A DNA stretch of 64,000 bases from NCBI GenBank assembly GCA_965200495.1, contig CBDAUG010000001.1:419423-483422 (forward strand), given 5' to 3'. Both the position numbers and the translations under genes were made by a program. The DNA is from Alphaproteobacteria bacterium (lineage in GTDB: Bacteria; Pseudomonadota; Alphaproteobacteria; SP197). Positions within the stretch are counted from its first letter, which is position 1; each line of letters begins with the position of its first letter. Under the pieces are notes generated by a model. It searched no databases. It saw only the letters and a list, made by a program, of their open reading frames with translations, and was not told where the DNA came from. Below are positions 31,532 through 42,405 of the stretch, piece after piece.

Positions 31532-31868
31532 GATTCAACCCCACCGCAATTCCGATCTGTCGCAGTGCGAAAATTGGGATGCACGCGACAGCGGGGAACC
31601 TGCCCACGGCCCGTTACTCGGCCCACCCACCCCGGCAATCAAGTATCGTCTTCAACCCAGGCGACATGCCCTGGTGCTTGTCGACGGCCGCACCGGACGG
31701 TTGAAACACTCCTGATGAGAGTCGGTGTCCGGCGTCGTCAGTCGGGAACATCAGACGTGACGGTACGCCGCGCAACACCGTGTCATCCACATGTCTCTGC
31801 TGATGGTCATGCCAACACACCACCCCACCGGAATCCCGCGGCGGGGGATCCCTGGGCAAACAGCCCAT

Positions 31869-32351
31869 CTAGCGTCGTAACGCTCGGAACAGGGACGCAA
31901 ATTCCTCAATGTCGTGTGGGTCGTCTATAGGGTCTTCGCTCGAGATCACGTGGTCAGTGTGTTCCTGGTGCAAGGTCGTTGCGCAATCAGGGGCAACGTC
32001 AATCTCGATCTCATGGGAGCCGACATGCCACTCCAGCTGCACCCCTCCGTTCGAGAGCGGAGCCACGTCCGGAACCAGCGACGTGTAAGCACCGATCGCC
32101 TCCAAGAGGCAAATCGCGTGATCGGCGACGCAAGGCAGAACCGCGATTCCTCGATAACCGTCCCACCCTGGCTCGAGCCTCGCAAGTTCCTCAACAACGG
32201 TTCTGGATCGATCAGCGACCGTCTCGAACAGAGCAACTTCCGCCCCCCGGACGCAATGACCACGCTCTCGTCCACGAATTCCGCTACCCTCACGATTCCC
32301 TGCGGAAGACCGCAGTTGAACACGTTGTGTGGTCAAGTGTGGGGCTTTCAC
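31869..32351 (-). CDS. Hypothetical protein (GWDGY...P...GGVQLEW type)
   Basis: LARLEPGWDGYRG...PDVAPLSNGGVQLEWH...EIEI; start uncertain. Confidence 0.5.
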   Translation of the reverse strand: MKAPHLTTQRVQLRSSAGNREGSGIRGRERGHCVRGAEVALFETVADRSRTVVEELARLEPGWDGYRGIAVLPCVADHAICLLEAIGAYTSLVPDVAPLSNGGVQLEWHVGSHEIEIDVAPDCATTLHQEHTDHVISSEDPIDDPHDIEEFASLFRALRR

Positions 32352-32497
32352 GGGCCCGATACAATGGGCTGGATCTCGACCGCAATTTTGGCGAGGCCGA
32401 ACCGGTCAGCACCCTTGCATCGAAACATGGATGCTTCAGGCACTGTGCCAGCCTGCGGGCGCTCGCCAACCGGCACGGCGTCATGCCGATACGCACC

Positions 32498-32528
32498 GCC
32501 GCGGGGCGGGTGCGCCCCGCCCCGCGGC
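32498..32528. terminator. GC-rich hairpin downstream of the SBP gene
   Basis: GCCGCGGGGCGGG-tgcgc-CCCGCCCCGCGGC, a 13-bp perfect stem. Confidence 0.55.
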
Positions 32529-32546
32529 ATCTTTCAGCGCAGGTCC

Positions 32547-34052
32547 TCAACCGCCCTGGACGATGGCGTCGGCAGCCTGCGCAATGTCGTCCATGGCCTC
32601 CTTCGCCGAACCGTAGTCGCCGGCGAAGTACTTGCCGAGGCGGACCGGAATGGTGTCGTTCGACAGTTCCGCCCACTCCGGCAGGTCGGGCTCGGATCCC
32701 ATGTCGTTGGCGATGGTATCGCGCACCACGTTGAGATGGCGCGTGGTTCCCGGACCAACCCGGCGATTGGCGATGATCCGCGGATCATCGTAGACGCTCG
32801 CCCGTGTGGGGCCGGTGCCGCCTCCAAGGGCGGTGATCAGCACCTGGGTGTCGTAGGACGTCGCCCATTGCATGAAGATCCAGGCAGGATCCGGGTTCTT
32901 CGAGTTGCGCGACACGGCGAGCGAGGAGCCGCCCTGGTGGCCAACACCGGGAATCTCGCCGAAGCCCGTCTCATCGACCGTGCGCAGCGGATGCTTGGGC
33001 TGCGGACAGCGCACCGCCTCCATCAGCCCCGATACCTTGGTCGCGGACGGGTCATCGAAGTAGGGGAAGAACTCGCCCCAGCTCATCATGGTTGCGGCGA
33101 CACCCTGGGCGATCGACTGCCCCTGACCGTCCCACGTCCAGCCGGTCACGCCCGGCGGCATGGTTTTCCAGAGGCGGGTCCAGTACTCCATCGCTTCCAG
33201 GCCGCGCTCGTCGTGGCCGGCGAACATGCTGTCGCTGTCGAAGATTGACCCCCCGTGACCCCAAAGCCATGCCGTCCAGTCACACTCCAGGGAGTAGTGG
33301 CCGGACTTCATCTGTCCGGTCGATCCATAGAGGTCCGGTCCCATCTCGTCGGTGATGGCCTTTGCCTGCTCGTAGTACTGCTCAAGCGTGGTCGGCGCTT
33401 CGAAACCGAAATCCTCGTAGATGTCCTTGCGATACATGAAGATGAAGATCGGGATGTCGTAGGGCACGCCGACCAGGCGGTCCTCGTAGCGCGCGATACC
33501 GTCGACCAGAGCCGGCAGGAAGTCGTCCATGTTGTAATCAGGCATGGCAAGGTCAGGCTTGTCTGCCATCTGTTCGCGCGGGTCGAAGACATCGCGCGAC
33601 GTGAATGCCGCCCACGACTGATCGATGTAGTAAAGATCGTAGGTACCAAGCTGCGAGGCGATGTCCAGCGTCAGTTTCTGCAAGACCTGTTCGAGCGGCA
33701 GGACCTCGATCTCGACAGTCATGCCCGACGCTTCCTCGAAGTATGGCTTCAGCTGGCCGTTGATCGCGTTCGACGGCGGCGTCGACTCCGTGGCCAACTT
33801 GAGCGTTGTGCCGCGGTAGGGCGCCGAGACATCCCTCACCCAGGCCAGCACGTCGTCCGAGGGCCTGAGATCGTCCGCCCGGGCATGGGGGAAGAACGAA
33901 CCTCCGAAGGGCCGCGTCATTCCCAGCCCGAAGGCGCCGGCGCCGAGGCCGAGCTGTCCCGCACGCCGCAGGAAGTCGCGCTTGCTGACCCGGCCGGTGG
34001 CATAGGCGTCAGCCAGTCCGGCGACGTAGTGTTTGCGATCACTGTCACGCAT
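32547..34052 (-). CDS. Tat-exported sugar ABC substrate-binding protein
   Basis: SKRDFLRR Tat-like motif, SBP family 1 features, GGAGG RBS. Confidence 0.88.
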   Translation of the reverse strand: MRDSDRKHYVAGLADAYATGRVSKRDFLRRAGQLGLGAGAFGLGMTRPFGGSFFPHARADDLRPSDDVLAWVRDVSAPYRGTTLKLATESTPPSNAINGQLKPYFEEASGMTVEIEVLPLEQVLQKLTLDIASQLGTYDLYYIDQSWAAFTSRDVFDPREQMADKPDLAMPDYNMDDFLPALVDGIARYEDRLVGVPYDIPIFIFMYRKDIYEDFGFEAPTTLEQYYEQAKAITDEMGPDLYGSTGQMKSGHYSLECDWTAWLWGHGGSIFDSDSMFAGHDERGLEAMEYWTRLWKTMPPGVTGWTWDGQGQSIAQGVAATMMSWGEFFPYFDDPSATKVSGLMEAVRCPQPKHPLRTVDETGFGEIPGVGHQGGSSLAVSRNSKNPDPAWIFMQWATSYDTQVLITALGGGTGPTRASVYDDPRIIANRRVGPGTTRHLNVVRDTIANDMGSEPDLPEWAELSNDTIPVRLGKYFAGDYGSAKEAMDDIAQAADAIVQGG

Positions 34053-34093
34053 GTCATTTCCTCCATTGTTGGCATTGGGCATGTCCGGTCATC

Positions 34094-34972
34094 CTACTGC
34101 TTCAGCGATCCGAGGGTAAGGCCCCGGACCAGCTGTTTCTGGACCAGCAGAATGAAGACAAAGGCCGGGATCATCGCGGCCGTTCCCAGGGCGGCCATGT
34201 TGCCCCAGGCCGTACCGGTCGACGTGACGAAACTCGACGAGACCACGGGAACCGTCTTGAGGCCGGTTTGGGTCAGGGTGAGGACAAAAATGAACTCCGT
34301 CCACGAAAAGATGAAGCACAGGACCGCGGTTGCGGCGATCCCGCCCTTCGCCATCGGCAGCACCAGGTGGCGGAAAATCAACCAGCGCGAGGCGCCGTCA
34401 AGCAGGGCGCTCTCGTCGATATCCTTCGGAACATCGTCGAAGAAGCTCTTCAGGAGGAGGACTGCCAGCGGCAGGTTCATCACGGTGTGGATGAGAATGA
34501 CACCGAGATAGCTGTCGATGAGACCGATGTCCTTGTAGATGAAGAACAGCGGAATCGCGACCGCCACCGGCGGCATCATGCGCGTTGACAGAACCCAGCC
34601 GACAAAGACATGGCGGCCCCTGAATGTCATGCGCGAGAGACCATAGGCCGCGAGTGTCGCGATCAGGACGGACAGGGCTGTCGAACCAAGCGCGACGACG
34701 ATCGAATCCCACAGCCGCGGCGCCATGTAGAAGTTTCCGCCGCCGGGGAGCACTTCCTGCTGACGCAAGAACCCGAGCGAAACACCGAAAACCTCCTCGA
34801 AGTTGCGCACCGTCGGCTCGAAGGTCCAGACATTCGGCGGCAGGTCGAATATCTCCCTCGCGTTCTTGAACGCCGTCGTGATCCAGAAATAGATCGGGAA
34901 CACGAAGAGTCCGACCACCGCCCAGGCAACGATCCTGTGGGCGTGGCGCCGGGCTTTCGATTGCGCGATCAC
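34094..34972 (-). CDS. Carbohydrate ABC permease
   Basis: DESALLDGAS, WTEF; GTGA overlap start. Confidence 0.9.
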   Translation of the reverse strand: MIAQSKARRHAHRIVAWAVVGLFVFPIYFWITTAFKNAREIFDLPPNVWTFEPTVRNFEEVFGVSLGFLRQQEVLPGGGNFYMAPRLWDSIVVALGSTALSVLIATLAAYGLSRMTFRGRHVFVGWVLSTRMMPPVAVAIPLFFIYKDIGLIDSYLGVILIHTVMNLPLAVLLLKSFFDDVPKDIDESALLDGASRWLIFRHLVLPMAKGGIAATAVLCFIFSWTEFIFVLTLTQTGLKTVPVVSSSFVTSTGTAWGNMAALGTAAMIPAFVFILLVQKQLVRGLTLGSLKQ

Positions 34973-35895
34973 CAGCGCACCTTGGCAGCCCAGATGAAGA
35001 GATTGGCGATGACGAGAATGATCACCAGGCTCACGAGGCTGATCGACGCACCGTAGCCCCACTTGATGAAGCTGAAGGTCTGCTGCCAGGCGTAGAGGCT
35101 CAACACGTAGGTCGAGGTGCCCGGTCCGCCCGACGTCATGACGAAGACGTAGTCGAACATGCGGAACACGTCGATGCCGCGGATCAGCGTGGCGACGGCG
35201 ATGACCTTCGACATCAGGGGCAGGGTGATACGAAAGAAGGTCTGCACCGACGATGCGCCGTCGAGCATCGCAGCTTCGTAGGGTTCCTGCGGCAGGGAAC
35301 GCAGCCCGGCGAGGAAAATCAGCACCATGAAAGGCGTCCACTGCCAGATGTCCACCAGCATGACGCCCAGCAGCGCCGTCGACGGCGTCGCCAGGATCGG
35401 CGACTGGTCGTCAAGCACACCGACGGACTCCAGCAGGTATGTGATGACACCGAATTCCGGATCTTCCATCAACAGGAACATCATCCCGGCAATCGCCGGC
35501 GGGATGACGAGGGTCAATGTCAACAGCGCCCGCAGAATGCCGTAGTCGGATCCGTCGCGATCAAGCAGCAGCGCCATCAGCATGCCGAGCACAATCTGCA
35601 CCGCCAGGACGACAAAGAAATAGATGAAGGTGACACCAATCGAACTCCAGAACCTGGTGTCGCCGGCCAGCGTCTCCCAGTTGCTCCAGCCGACGTACTC
35701 CAGCTTTCGCTTGAACGGCGCGTACTCGTGGAAACTCAGCCACACGTTGTAGAACAGCGGATAGATCGTGAAGACGATCAGGAGCGCCAGCAGCGGGGCG
35801 ATCCATGGCAACGGACGGTCCGCAGACAAGGCGCGGCGCAACCAGGTCCAGGCAAGGATGTCGGCGCGAACCGGATTTCCCGCCGCCTGGTTCAT
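34969..35895 (-). CDS. Carbohydrate ABC permease
   Basis: DIWQWTPF, EAAMLDGAS. Confidence 0.9.
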   Translation of the reverse strand: MNQAAGNPVRADILAWTWLRRALSADRPLPWIAPLLALLIVFTIYPLFYNVWLSFHEYAPFKRKLEYVGWSNWETLAGDTRFWSSIGVTFIYFFVVLAVQIVLGMLMALLLDRDGSDYGILRALLTLTLVIPPAIAGMMFLLMEDPEFGVITYLLESVGVLDDQSPILATPSTALLGVMLVDIWQWTPFMVLIFLAGLRSLPQEPYEAAMLDGASSVQTFFRITLPLMSKVIAVATLIRGIDVFRMFDYVFVMTSGGPGTSTYVLSLYAWQQTFSFIKWGYGASISLVSLVIILVIANLFIWAAKVRW

Positions 35896-36608
35896 GCCGT
35901 TCTTTTCCGCCCCCTGCGCGGGGACCGCGCACCCCCGGTCGTGACGCGTCCGGCGTCATCCTGGATGCCGTATCCGGCAAATGCCGCAATGGTCTCGTCG
36001 ACCTCGGCGTCACTCAGCAGATTGGGACCGCCGATCTGCAGGCTGAAGTAGTACTGCCTCGCGATGGTCTCGAGTTCGACCGCCCGCCACATCGCCTTCG
36101 CAAGCGTCTCGCCGATGGTGATCATGCCGTGGTTGGCCAGCAGGCATGCTGTTCGGTCCTTGAGAGCCGCGAGTGCCAGCCGCGACAGTTCATCGGTGCC
36201 GAACCGGACATAGTCCGCACAGCGGACGTTGTTGCCGCCGAAGCAGGCAACCATGTAGTGGCAGGCCGGTATCTCCTTGTGTGCGATGGCCAGGGTCGTG
36301 CAGTAGGTCGGATGGGCATGCACGACGGCATGGGCGTCAGGGCGTTCGCGCAGGATCCTGTGATGGAAGGGCCACTCCGTCGATGGTTTCAGCGGCCCTT
36401 CCCAGGCGCCGCTCTCGTCCTCCAGCGACATCGACGCAACCATCCCGGGCTCCATCGTGTCGTAGGGTATCGCCGACGGCGAGACCAGCATGCGGGTGCC
36501 GTGACGGACCGAAATGTTGCCGGATGTTCCCTGGTTGATGCCGCTTGAATTCAGTTGGCGACAGCCCTCCACCACGGCCTGGCGCAAGTCTCTTTCTGCC
36601 TTGTTCAT
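35892..36608 (-). CDS. Class II aldolase (FucA-like)
   Basis: GTSGNISVR, PSTEWPFH, VVHAHP, LLANHG. Confidence 0.92.
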   Translation of the reverse strand: MNKAERDLRQAVVEGCRQLNSSGINQGTSGNISVRHGTRMLVSPSAIPYDTMEPGMVASMSLEDESGAWEGPLKPSTEWPFHHRILRERPDAHAVVHAHPTYCTTLAIAHKEIPACHYMVACFGGNNVRCADYVRFGTDELSRLALAALKDRTACLLANHGMITIGETLAKAMWRAVELETIARQYYFSLQIGGPNLLSDAEVDETIAAFAGYGIQDDAGRVTTGGARSPRRGRKRTA

Positions 36609-37444
36609 CGTCTTGTTGTCTCTGCGATGGTGACGGGATCGGCTGCTTGGCGCGCCCGCAGGATCGCGCAGGCCATCTCGACGAATCCGGCAGCTCCGGA
36701 AGACGAAGCGACAAAGGCCGGCTGCGCCTCGATGCACCCGGCGAAACGCCGCACGTTGGCAACGCCGCAGGCGTTCGGGAAATGGCGAAACATGGGCTCG
36801 TCGTTCGGGCTGTCGCCACAGAACGTGATCCGTTCGCGCTCGCTGTCGATGTCGACGTCGAGCACCTCGGCCGCGAAACGGCGCGTCATCGACAGCTTGT
36901 CATGGTCGCCGAACCAGCCGTTGACATGGATCGACGATACCCGTGAGGTCGCACCGTGCTCACTGAAAATCTCCTGGATCCGGGTCACGGCCTGCGGAGA
37001 AAGGCGGGGAACATCCTCGCAAAAGTCAATCGCCAGGTCAGCCTCCCGGTAGGGCTGGTCGGCTGCCGCCGCGGCGCCGGGAATCTCCGAGAGAACCCGT
37101 TCCAGAACCACATTCAGGCGACGGCGGTTCGACAGCCGCTCGGCCTCGGACGCGGCGTAGACACGCCGCAGCCTGCGCATCGCGCGGTCGTAGGCGAAAT
37201 AGAAGGCGCCGTTTTCCCCGACGACGCCGTCGACCGGCCACAACCGCGCCACCATGTCGCACCATCCCGCCGGACGCCCGGTCACCGGCGCCACCGCCAG
37301 GCCCGCATCGTGAAGCCTCTCGAGCGCGGCATAGGCCTTTGCCGGCAGGCGACCGTCGGTTGTGAGGGTGTCGTCGATGTCCGTGAACACGACACGGATG
37401 GCCGCTGCCGTTTCAGAAGACATCTCGGTGAGCGGGCGCATCAC
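36605..37444 (-). CDS. HAD-IIB family hydrolase
   Basis: TDIDDTLT, VTGR, GDSPND. Confidence 0.9.
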   Translation of the reverse strand: MMRPLTEMSSETAAAIRVVFTDIDDTLTTDGRLPAKAYAALERLHDAGLAVAPVTGRPAGWCDMVARLWPVDGVVGENGAFYFAYDRAMRRLRRVYAASEAERLSNRRRLNVVLERVLSEIPGAAAAADQPYREADLAIDFCEDVPRLSPQAVTRIQEIFSEHGATSRVSSIHVNGWFGDHDKLSMTRRFAAEVLDVDIDSERERITFCGDSPNDEPMFRHFPNACGVANVRRFAGCIEAQPAFVASSSGAAGFVEMACAILRARQAADPVTIAETTRR

Positions 37445-38832
37445 GCCGCTTGCGCGGCAAAATCGTCAAGCAGGCCCGCATCGCAGGCCATGTCGACAAA
37501 GGAGAAGCGGTTTCTCATCTCATGCGCATGCCGCACGGCCTCGCGATAGAACGCCGCGTCAAGCCCGAGTCCGGCAGCGCTCGTTGCTCCTCCCGCAGCC
37601 GAAAGCCGCGCGCGCATGGTCTCGACCGGGACGCAGAAAGACAGGCATTCCGTGCGCAGCGACGGCCAGATCTCCTGAAGTTTCCTGTTCAGCGCGGCGG
37701 CGGCGGACGCGTCGAGCACTTTCTTTGCGTACTCCGCCGCACATTGCTCACCGATCTCCCGCCCCATGCGCCGGACCATGTCGTCCCGGTCAATCGGCGT
37801 GGGCTTGAGGACCGGCGGCTGCGGCTGGTCGAGCAACCACTGTTGCAGCGTCGCCATCGTGATGCTCGCGACCCCGACCTGCTCGCCATGCAGCGTTCCC
37901 GGATGCCGCTCACGTGCAAAGCAGTCGATGTAATGCGAAATCTGGTGCTCGCTCATGGATCCGTGGTGCGACATTCCCGTGAACCCGACACCGAGACCCG
38001 ACAGCGTCAGGCTGCGCACCAGATAGCCGACCGCCTCGGTTTCGCCGCGTCCGATGGCGGCGGCGCGGGCATTCGTCTCGTCATCGTTCGCCGCGGCGAT
38101 GATGTAGGGCTCTTCCCGGAAGAACGTTCCGAGCAGACGATGGGACATCCACCAGTCGACCCGGGCAACCGACGAGCACAGACAGTCGCCGAATCCGGCT
38201 GCGGTCATGCGCGCCGGCGCCGCGGCGATGGTCCCGAGTTCAAGGAAGACTCCCTTCGGGGCGTGGGCCTTGAGCGACACCCTGAGACCGTTGGGCAGTT
38301 TCATCGACGCCGTCGAAGAGGTGAAGCCATCCATGGATGCGGCGGTGCCGAACACCGAGCAACTCCGGCCGTCCTGCGCGGTGACGTACTTGCAGAGATC
38401 GTTGACCGTGCCGGAACCGACCGCCACGAGATGCCCGGCTCCCTCAACGCGCTCGGCAAGCATGGCCGCCGTGGCAAGCGTCGCATGGGTCGCCTCGCCG
38501 AGAACCACGTCCCTGGCGGCCATGCCTTCGGCCATACAGGCGTCATGGATGCGCCGGCCAAGAACGTCCCATGTGTTGGCATCCGCGACGATCGCCACCG
38601 GTCCTGCGGAGACGCCGACAGAGCGCAACAGCGCAGCCTCGTCGCCTTCGAGTGTTTCATCGATGACGATCCTGTCGGTGGCGCTTCGCGCACACCTCTC
38701 GCCGGTCGCCGGGTTGACCCAGCGCCCCTGGCAGATGTCGTCGATCAGCTCGGTCCAGCCGCCAGGCGGACCGTTGCGGCCCCCCCGGCAGAGGGGTTCT
38801 TCCAGCACGCGCACCCCGATTGCCGTTGTCAT
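37441..38832 (-). CDS. sn-glycerol-1-phosphate dehydrogenase-like (AraM type)
   Basis: AVGSGTVNDLCKY, TAASMDG, GFGD, SEHQISH, HGEQV. Confidence 0.88.
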   Translation of the reverse strand: MTTAIGVRVLEEPLCRGGRNGPPGGWTELIDDICQGRWVNPATGERCARSATDRIVIDETLEGDEAALLRSVGVSAGPVAIVADANTWDVLGRRIHDACMAEGMAARDVVLGEATHATLATAAMLAERVEGAGHLVAVGSGTVNDLCKYVTAQDGRSCSVFGTAASMDGFTSSTASMKLPNGLRVSLKAHAPKGVFLELGTIAAAPARMTAAGFGDCLCSSVARVDWWMSHRLLGTFFREEPYIIAAANDDETNARAAAIGRGETEAVGYLVRSLTLSGLGVGFTGMSHHGSMSEHQISHYIDCFARERHPGTLHGEQVGVASITMATLQQWLLDQPQPPVLKPTPIDRDDMVRRMGREIGEQCAAEYAKKVLDASAAAALNRKLQEIWPSLRTECLSFCVPVETMRARLSAAGGATSAAGLGLDAAFYREAVRHAHEMRNRFSFVDMACDAGLLDDFAAQAA

Positions 38833-38899
38833 GACCTGTTTCAGGGTTCTCTGACCGTTGTCAACAAAACTCTTGCGGCACCGGCGTCCCCGAGTGCCT

Positions 38900-39296
38900 C
38901 CCCGATATCCAGCGGGAGCATGCGCCGCGCACTGCGACTCACCGGCATGTCGGGATCATCGTGCGCCGAAGATCACGTGCCCGTGATCGGCGAGACTCCG
39001 GGGGTCGCCGTCGAATCTGGCCTGCGGTTGGAAACGACAGATCAGCCGCGCCGCCATCCCCGGCTCCGGTTCGACCACGCAGTCGCACCAATGCGCCATC
39101 AGTCGTTCGTCATTCGTGAAATCGGTCCGTTCCACGAACACCTCAATCGTGGCGCCGAGTGTGTCGTTTCCGGGCCCATCCCGGAAATCGTCGAGAACAA
39201 GGTCTACGTCCACTTCCGGGAGCGTTCTCAGCGCGCTATTCCTTTGACCGCCCCGCAGTGCAGGTTGAAGCCGTCCACATAGACCCGCGTTCTCAC
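38900..39296 (-). pseudogene. Decayed NYN/PIN-domain (LabA/DUF88-like) gene
   Basis: Manual translation from GTG 39296 gives MRTRVYVDGFNLHCGAVKGIAR*, a YVDGFNL NYN N-terminus with a premature stop. Confidence 0.5.
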
Positions 39297-39467
39297 TTGC
39301 ATCCCCAGCAACAAGCAAGGGCCACTCCGGGGAGCGACCCACCGCCGTTATCCGGCGGCCCTTTGCAAGATGGAAAACCGTCTTTTTATTTAAATGTTTA
39401 ACATCAATGAGATAGTGTTCTTTACTTGAGAATCTCCTGGTCAACCCGGTCAACATCCGACAGAGCC

Positions 39468-42401
39468 TCAAAGCTCCTGGCGACGAACCAGATCGCGGAA
39501 GGCCCCGTCGGTCTCCGCCAACTCCTCGTAGGTTCCTTGCTGAACGACCCTGCCGGACTTCATGACGTAGATGCGGTCTGCCTGACGCAGCGTGGAAAGA
39601 CGGTGGGCAATGACGAGCTGGGTCGAAGGCAACTGCGCGAGGCCTTGCATGACCCTGGACTGGCTTTCGTTGTCCAGCCAGTTCGTCGCTTCGTCGAGCA
39701 GCAGGATGCGGGGATTGCGCATCAGCGCCTGGGCGATCACGATACGCTGGCTCTCGCCTCCCGATATGACGCTGCCGCTGTCACCCACGGCCGTCAACAT
39801 CTTCATCGGCATGTCGGAGATCTGCTTGTCGATGGCCGCTGTGCGCGCTGATCGCCACACGCTATCGGCGTCGATGTCGTGTTGCCCGCCAGCGATGTTG
39901 TCCCACAGATCCTGCGGTTGGAGACGCACTTCCTGGGGAACCACACCAAGCTTGCGGCGCACCTGTTTGGCATTGAGTTGTCTGAGATCACGCCCGTCAT
40001 AGTACACCGCCCCGGAGTCCGGTTTGATCAAACCGAGCGCAATCCGCAGTAGCGTGCTCTTGCCGGATCCCGACTCGCCTGCAATGGCAACGAATTCTCC
40101 GGGCCGGGCATGGATCGATACGGCGTCGAGGATGAGAGGGCCGTCGGGATCGTAGCGGAACGTAACGCGGTCGAATGCGATAGCGCCACCAAGGTGGCTG
40201 ACGGCATCTCCGCCCACGCCCGATTCGACATCCTGATCGAGGAACGGCTGGACCCCGGCGAATTCGGGCGCGATGGCAACGATCGCACCCAACGAGGCGC
40301 CCAGTCGAACCAACCCCGCCACAAACAGCATGAACGCGGTGTAGATGACGAGAAAATCGCCGACCTGAAGGGCTTGCAGACCGCGCAACGCCACGGCCAT
40401 AAGCAGCACGGCCGCGGCAAGCAATGGCAGCGCGGCGGCGAAGGCACGCAGGTGGGTTTCCAAGCTGCCGAGTTCGACTTCGGCACGCTGCTGTTCGCGG
40501 TAGTCGCGCGCCCAGGCGGCAAACGCCGATCCCTCTGCGCCCTCGATGCGCAGCTTGGAGATGCCGTTGATGATCTGGAACAGCAGACCGGTCAGGCGTC
40601 GTGACGCGCCGGCTGCTCGGGCATAGGGCCGGATCTGCCGCAGACAAAGCACCAGCGTCGCGAGCAGGGCCAGGAGTCCGAAGACGACGGCAACGCTTGC
40701 GAAAACGACATCGTAGAAAAAGATGAGAATCAATGCCGGCAGCGCGAAGAAGAAAGACAGCGCATCGCTGGCGACCACGCCCTGAACGGCGTCGCGCACA
40801 CGATGGAACGTCATGCCCCGCATGGTGCGGTCGCCGGCCGGATAGCGTCGCAAGAGACCAGAAGGCAGGCGCAGCAAACGGTCCCAGAACGCGGCTTCGA
40901 TCCGGGACGCAACGCGACCCTCCAGGCGCATCAACGCCATGCCCTGGAGTATGCGCATCAGCGCCCAGACGATGGCGAAGGCCGCCAGCGCCACGATGAT
41001 CCCATACAGCAGACCGGAGTCACCGTCCGCAATCACACGGTTCGCAACGAACCCCAGTGCCAGCACGGGCAGCAATGCGATCAGGCCGCCCAGCAACCCC
41101 ACGATCGCGAGATTCGCCAAACCCGCACTCAGACCTCGACCGGCGACCCGGAAGAGGTCCCGGGCGCTGACAGCGGTGGAAGTCAGCGGCCGATAGAACA
41201 ACCATGCGTCCACCCGGAGCGTTTTGGCGATGGCGGCGCTGACCCGGACCGTGCGGCCCGCAACGGGGTCAACCATCCGATACCCCCCCATGACGCCAGG
41301 CAGCAATGCCACGGGTCGGCCGTTGTCCGCCCGGAACGCCAGCAGCGAGCCGCTGTCGCCGGTCCACCAGCGGTCTTCCCTGGCAAGTCGCACCTGCCGT
41401 CCACGCACTCCCGACACATCCAGAACATCAGCGAGGGCTGGAACATATTCGGGTGCGTCAGTCCTGGCAGGCCAGTGGAAGTCGATTCCTTCATGCTGAC
41501 CGATGACGCTCAGGGCCTCGCGCAGCGCCGAGCCACTGCCCTCGTCCGGCACCTCGTCCGGCAGGCCGTACAGATTGAAGAGTTGACGCCGGGCGCTTTC
41601 CTCGTCGTTGCGGCGACTGGCGGTCCGCGCCCGTTCCAGATTGGCCTCGTCCACGGTCGCGAGACTGCGGTTGAGTCGCTGCAGGGCGAACGCGACCTCA
41701 TGGAACTGCGCCAGCGCGGGCAGCAAGAGCCCCTCATCTGTCATGGTTTCGGAGGACACAACGGCGCAAGGGCGATGCGTCGGGGTCAACGTGAGCCAGC
41801 TGTAGGGAGTCAGCGGTATCGCATGCGAGGCATCGCCATCTTCCGCGTCATGCGCTGCAACATCAATCAGGCCCATGAACAGCCCCGCGCCCGGAGCGGA
41901 CGCCGCAGTTCGTGTCCACGCCACGCCACGCCGCACCGAACATGTCGTCCCCTCCTCCGGCAGCGGCTTTCCGGACTCCAGGAAGACGTCCGGCGCCGGT
42001 CGGTACGTCATGTCGCGCGACAGCGCGGCGGACATGTCCAGGATCCAGGAATCGATCGAGGCGGCCAGTTCCTCGGGATCGACGACGGCCAGGCCGCTGA
42101 CAGGCAGGCGTCGCAGCACGGTGCCGGGCAGCCCCTTGGCAATCAGGCCCAGCATCGTCTCCCCGGCCTGCGGCGCGGCACCCGGAAGCAAACGGCCCGC
42201 GGCGGCGCGCGTCAGGTGCTGTAGCGCCGACTGTTCCGTGCCACCCCGCCGCTCGACGAGAAACACGTCGACCGCCCCCGTTTCGACGAACCAGACGAAC
42301 CCTGGATCACCCAGGTCCAGGGGCAGGTTGCCGGCGCAGGGCACGCCCACGCCTGACGCAACGGCGACGTCAGCAAGCGATCGGCTTTGCGGGCCCGGCA
42401 T
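39468..42401 (-). CDS. NHLP bacteriocin-system ABC transporter, permease/ATPase without peptidase
   Basis: Long N-terminal extension, AAFWDRLLRLP, GESGSGKST, ISGGESQR, LDEAT. Confidence 0.88.
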   Translation of the reverse strand: MPGPQSRSLADVAVASGVGVPCAGNLPLDLGDPGFVWFVETGAVDVFLVERRGGTEQSALQHLTRAAAGRLLPGAAPQAGETMLGLIAKGLPGTVLRRLPVSGLAVVDPEELAASIDSWILDMSAALSRDMTYRPAPDVFLESGKPLPEEGTTCSVRRGVAWTRTAASAPGAGLFMGLIDVAAHDAEDGDASHAIPLTPYSWLTLTPTHRPCAVVSSETMTDEGLLLPALAQFHEVAFALQRLNRSLATVDEANLERARTASRRNDEESARRQLFNLYGLPDEVPDEGSGSALREALSVIGQHEGIDFHWPARTDAPEYVPALADVLDVSGVRGRQVRLAREDRWWTGDSGSLLAFRADNGRPVALLPGVMGGYRMVDPVAGRTVRVSAAIAKTLRVDAWLFYRPLTSTAVSARDLFRVAGRGLSAGLANLAIVGLLGGLIALLPVLALGFVANRVIADGDSGLLYGIIVALAAFAIVWALMRILQGMALMRLEGRVASRIEAAFWDRLLRLPSGLLRRYPAGDRTMRGMTFHRVRDAVQGVVASDALSFFFALPALILIFFYDVVFASVAVVFGLLALLATLVLCLRQIRPYARAAGASRRLTGLLFQIINGISKLRIEGAEGSAFAAWARDYREQQRAEVELGSLETHLRAFAAALPLLAAAVLLMAVALRGLQALQVGDFLVIYTAFMLFVAGLVRLGASLGAIVAIAPEFAGVQPFLDQDVESGVGGDAVSHLGGAIAFDRVTFRYDPDGPLILDAVSIHARPGEFVAIAGESGSGKSTLLRIALGLIKPDSGAVYYDGRDLRQLNAKQVRRKLGVVPQEVRLQPQDLWDNIAGGQHDIDADSVWRSARTAAIDKQISDMPMKMLTAVGDSGSVISGGESQRIVIAQALMRNPRILLLDEATNWLDNESQSRVMQGLAQLPSTQLVIAHRLSTLRQADRIYVMKSGRVVQQGTYEELAETDGAFRDLVRRQEL

Positions 42402-42405
42402 CGGC

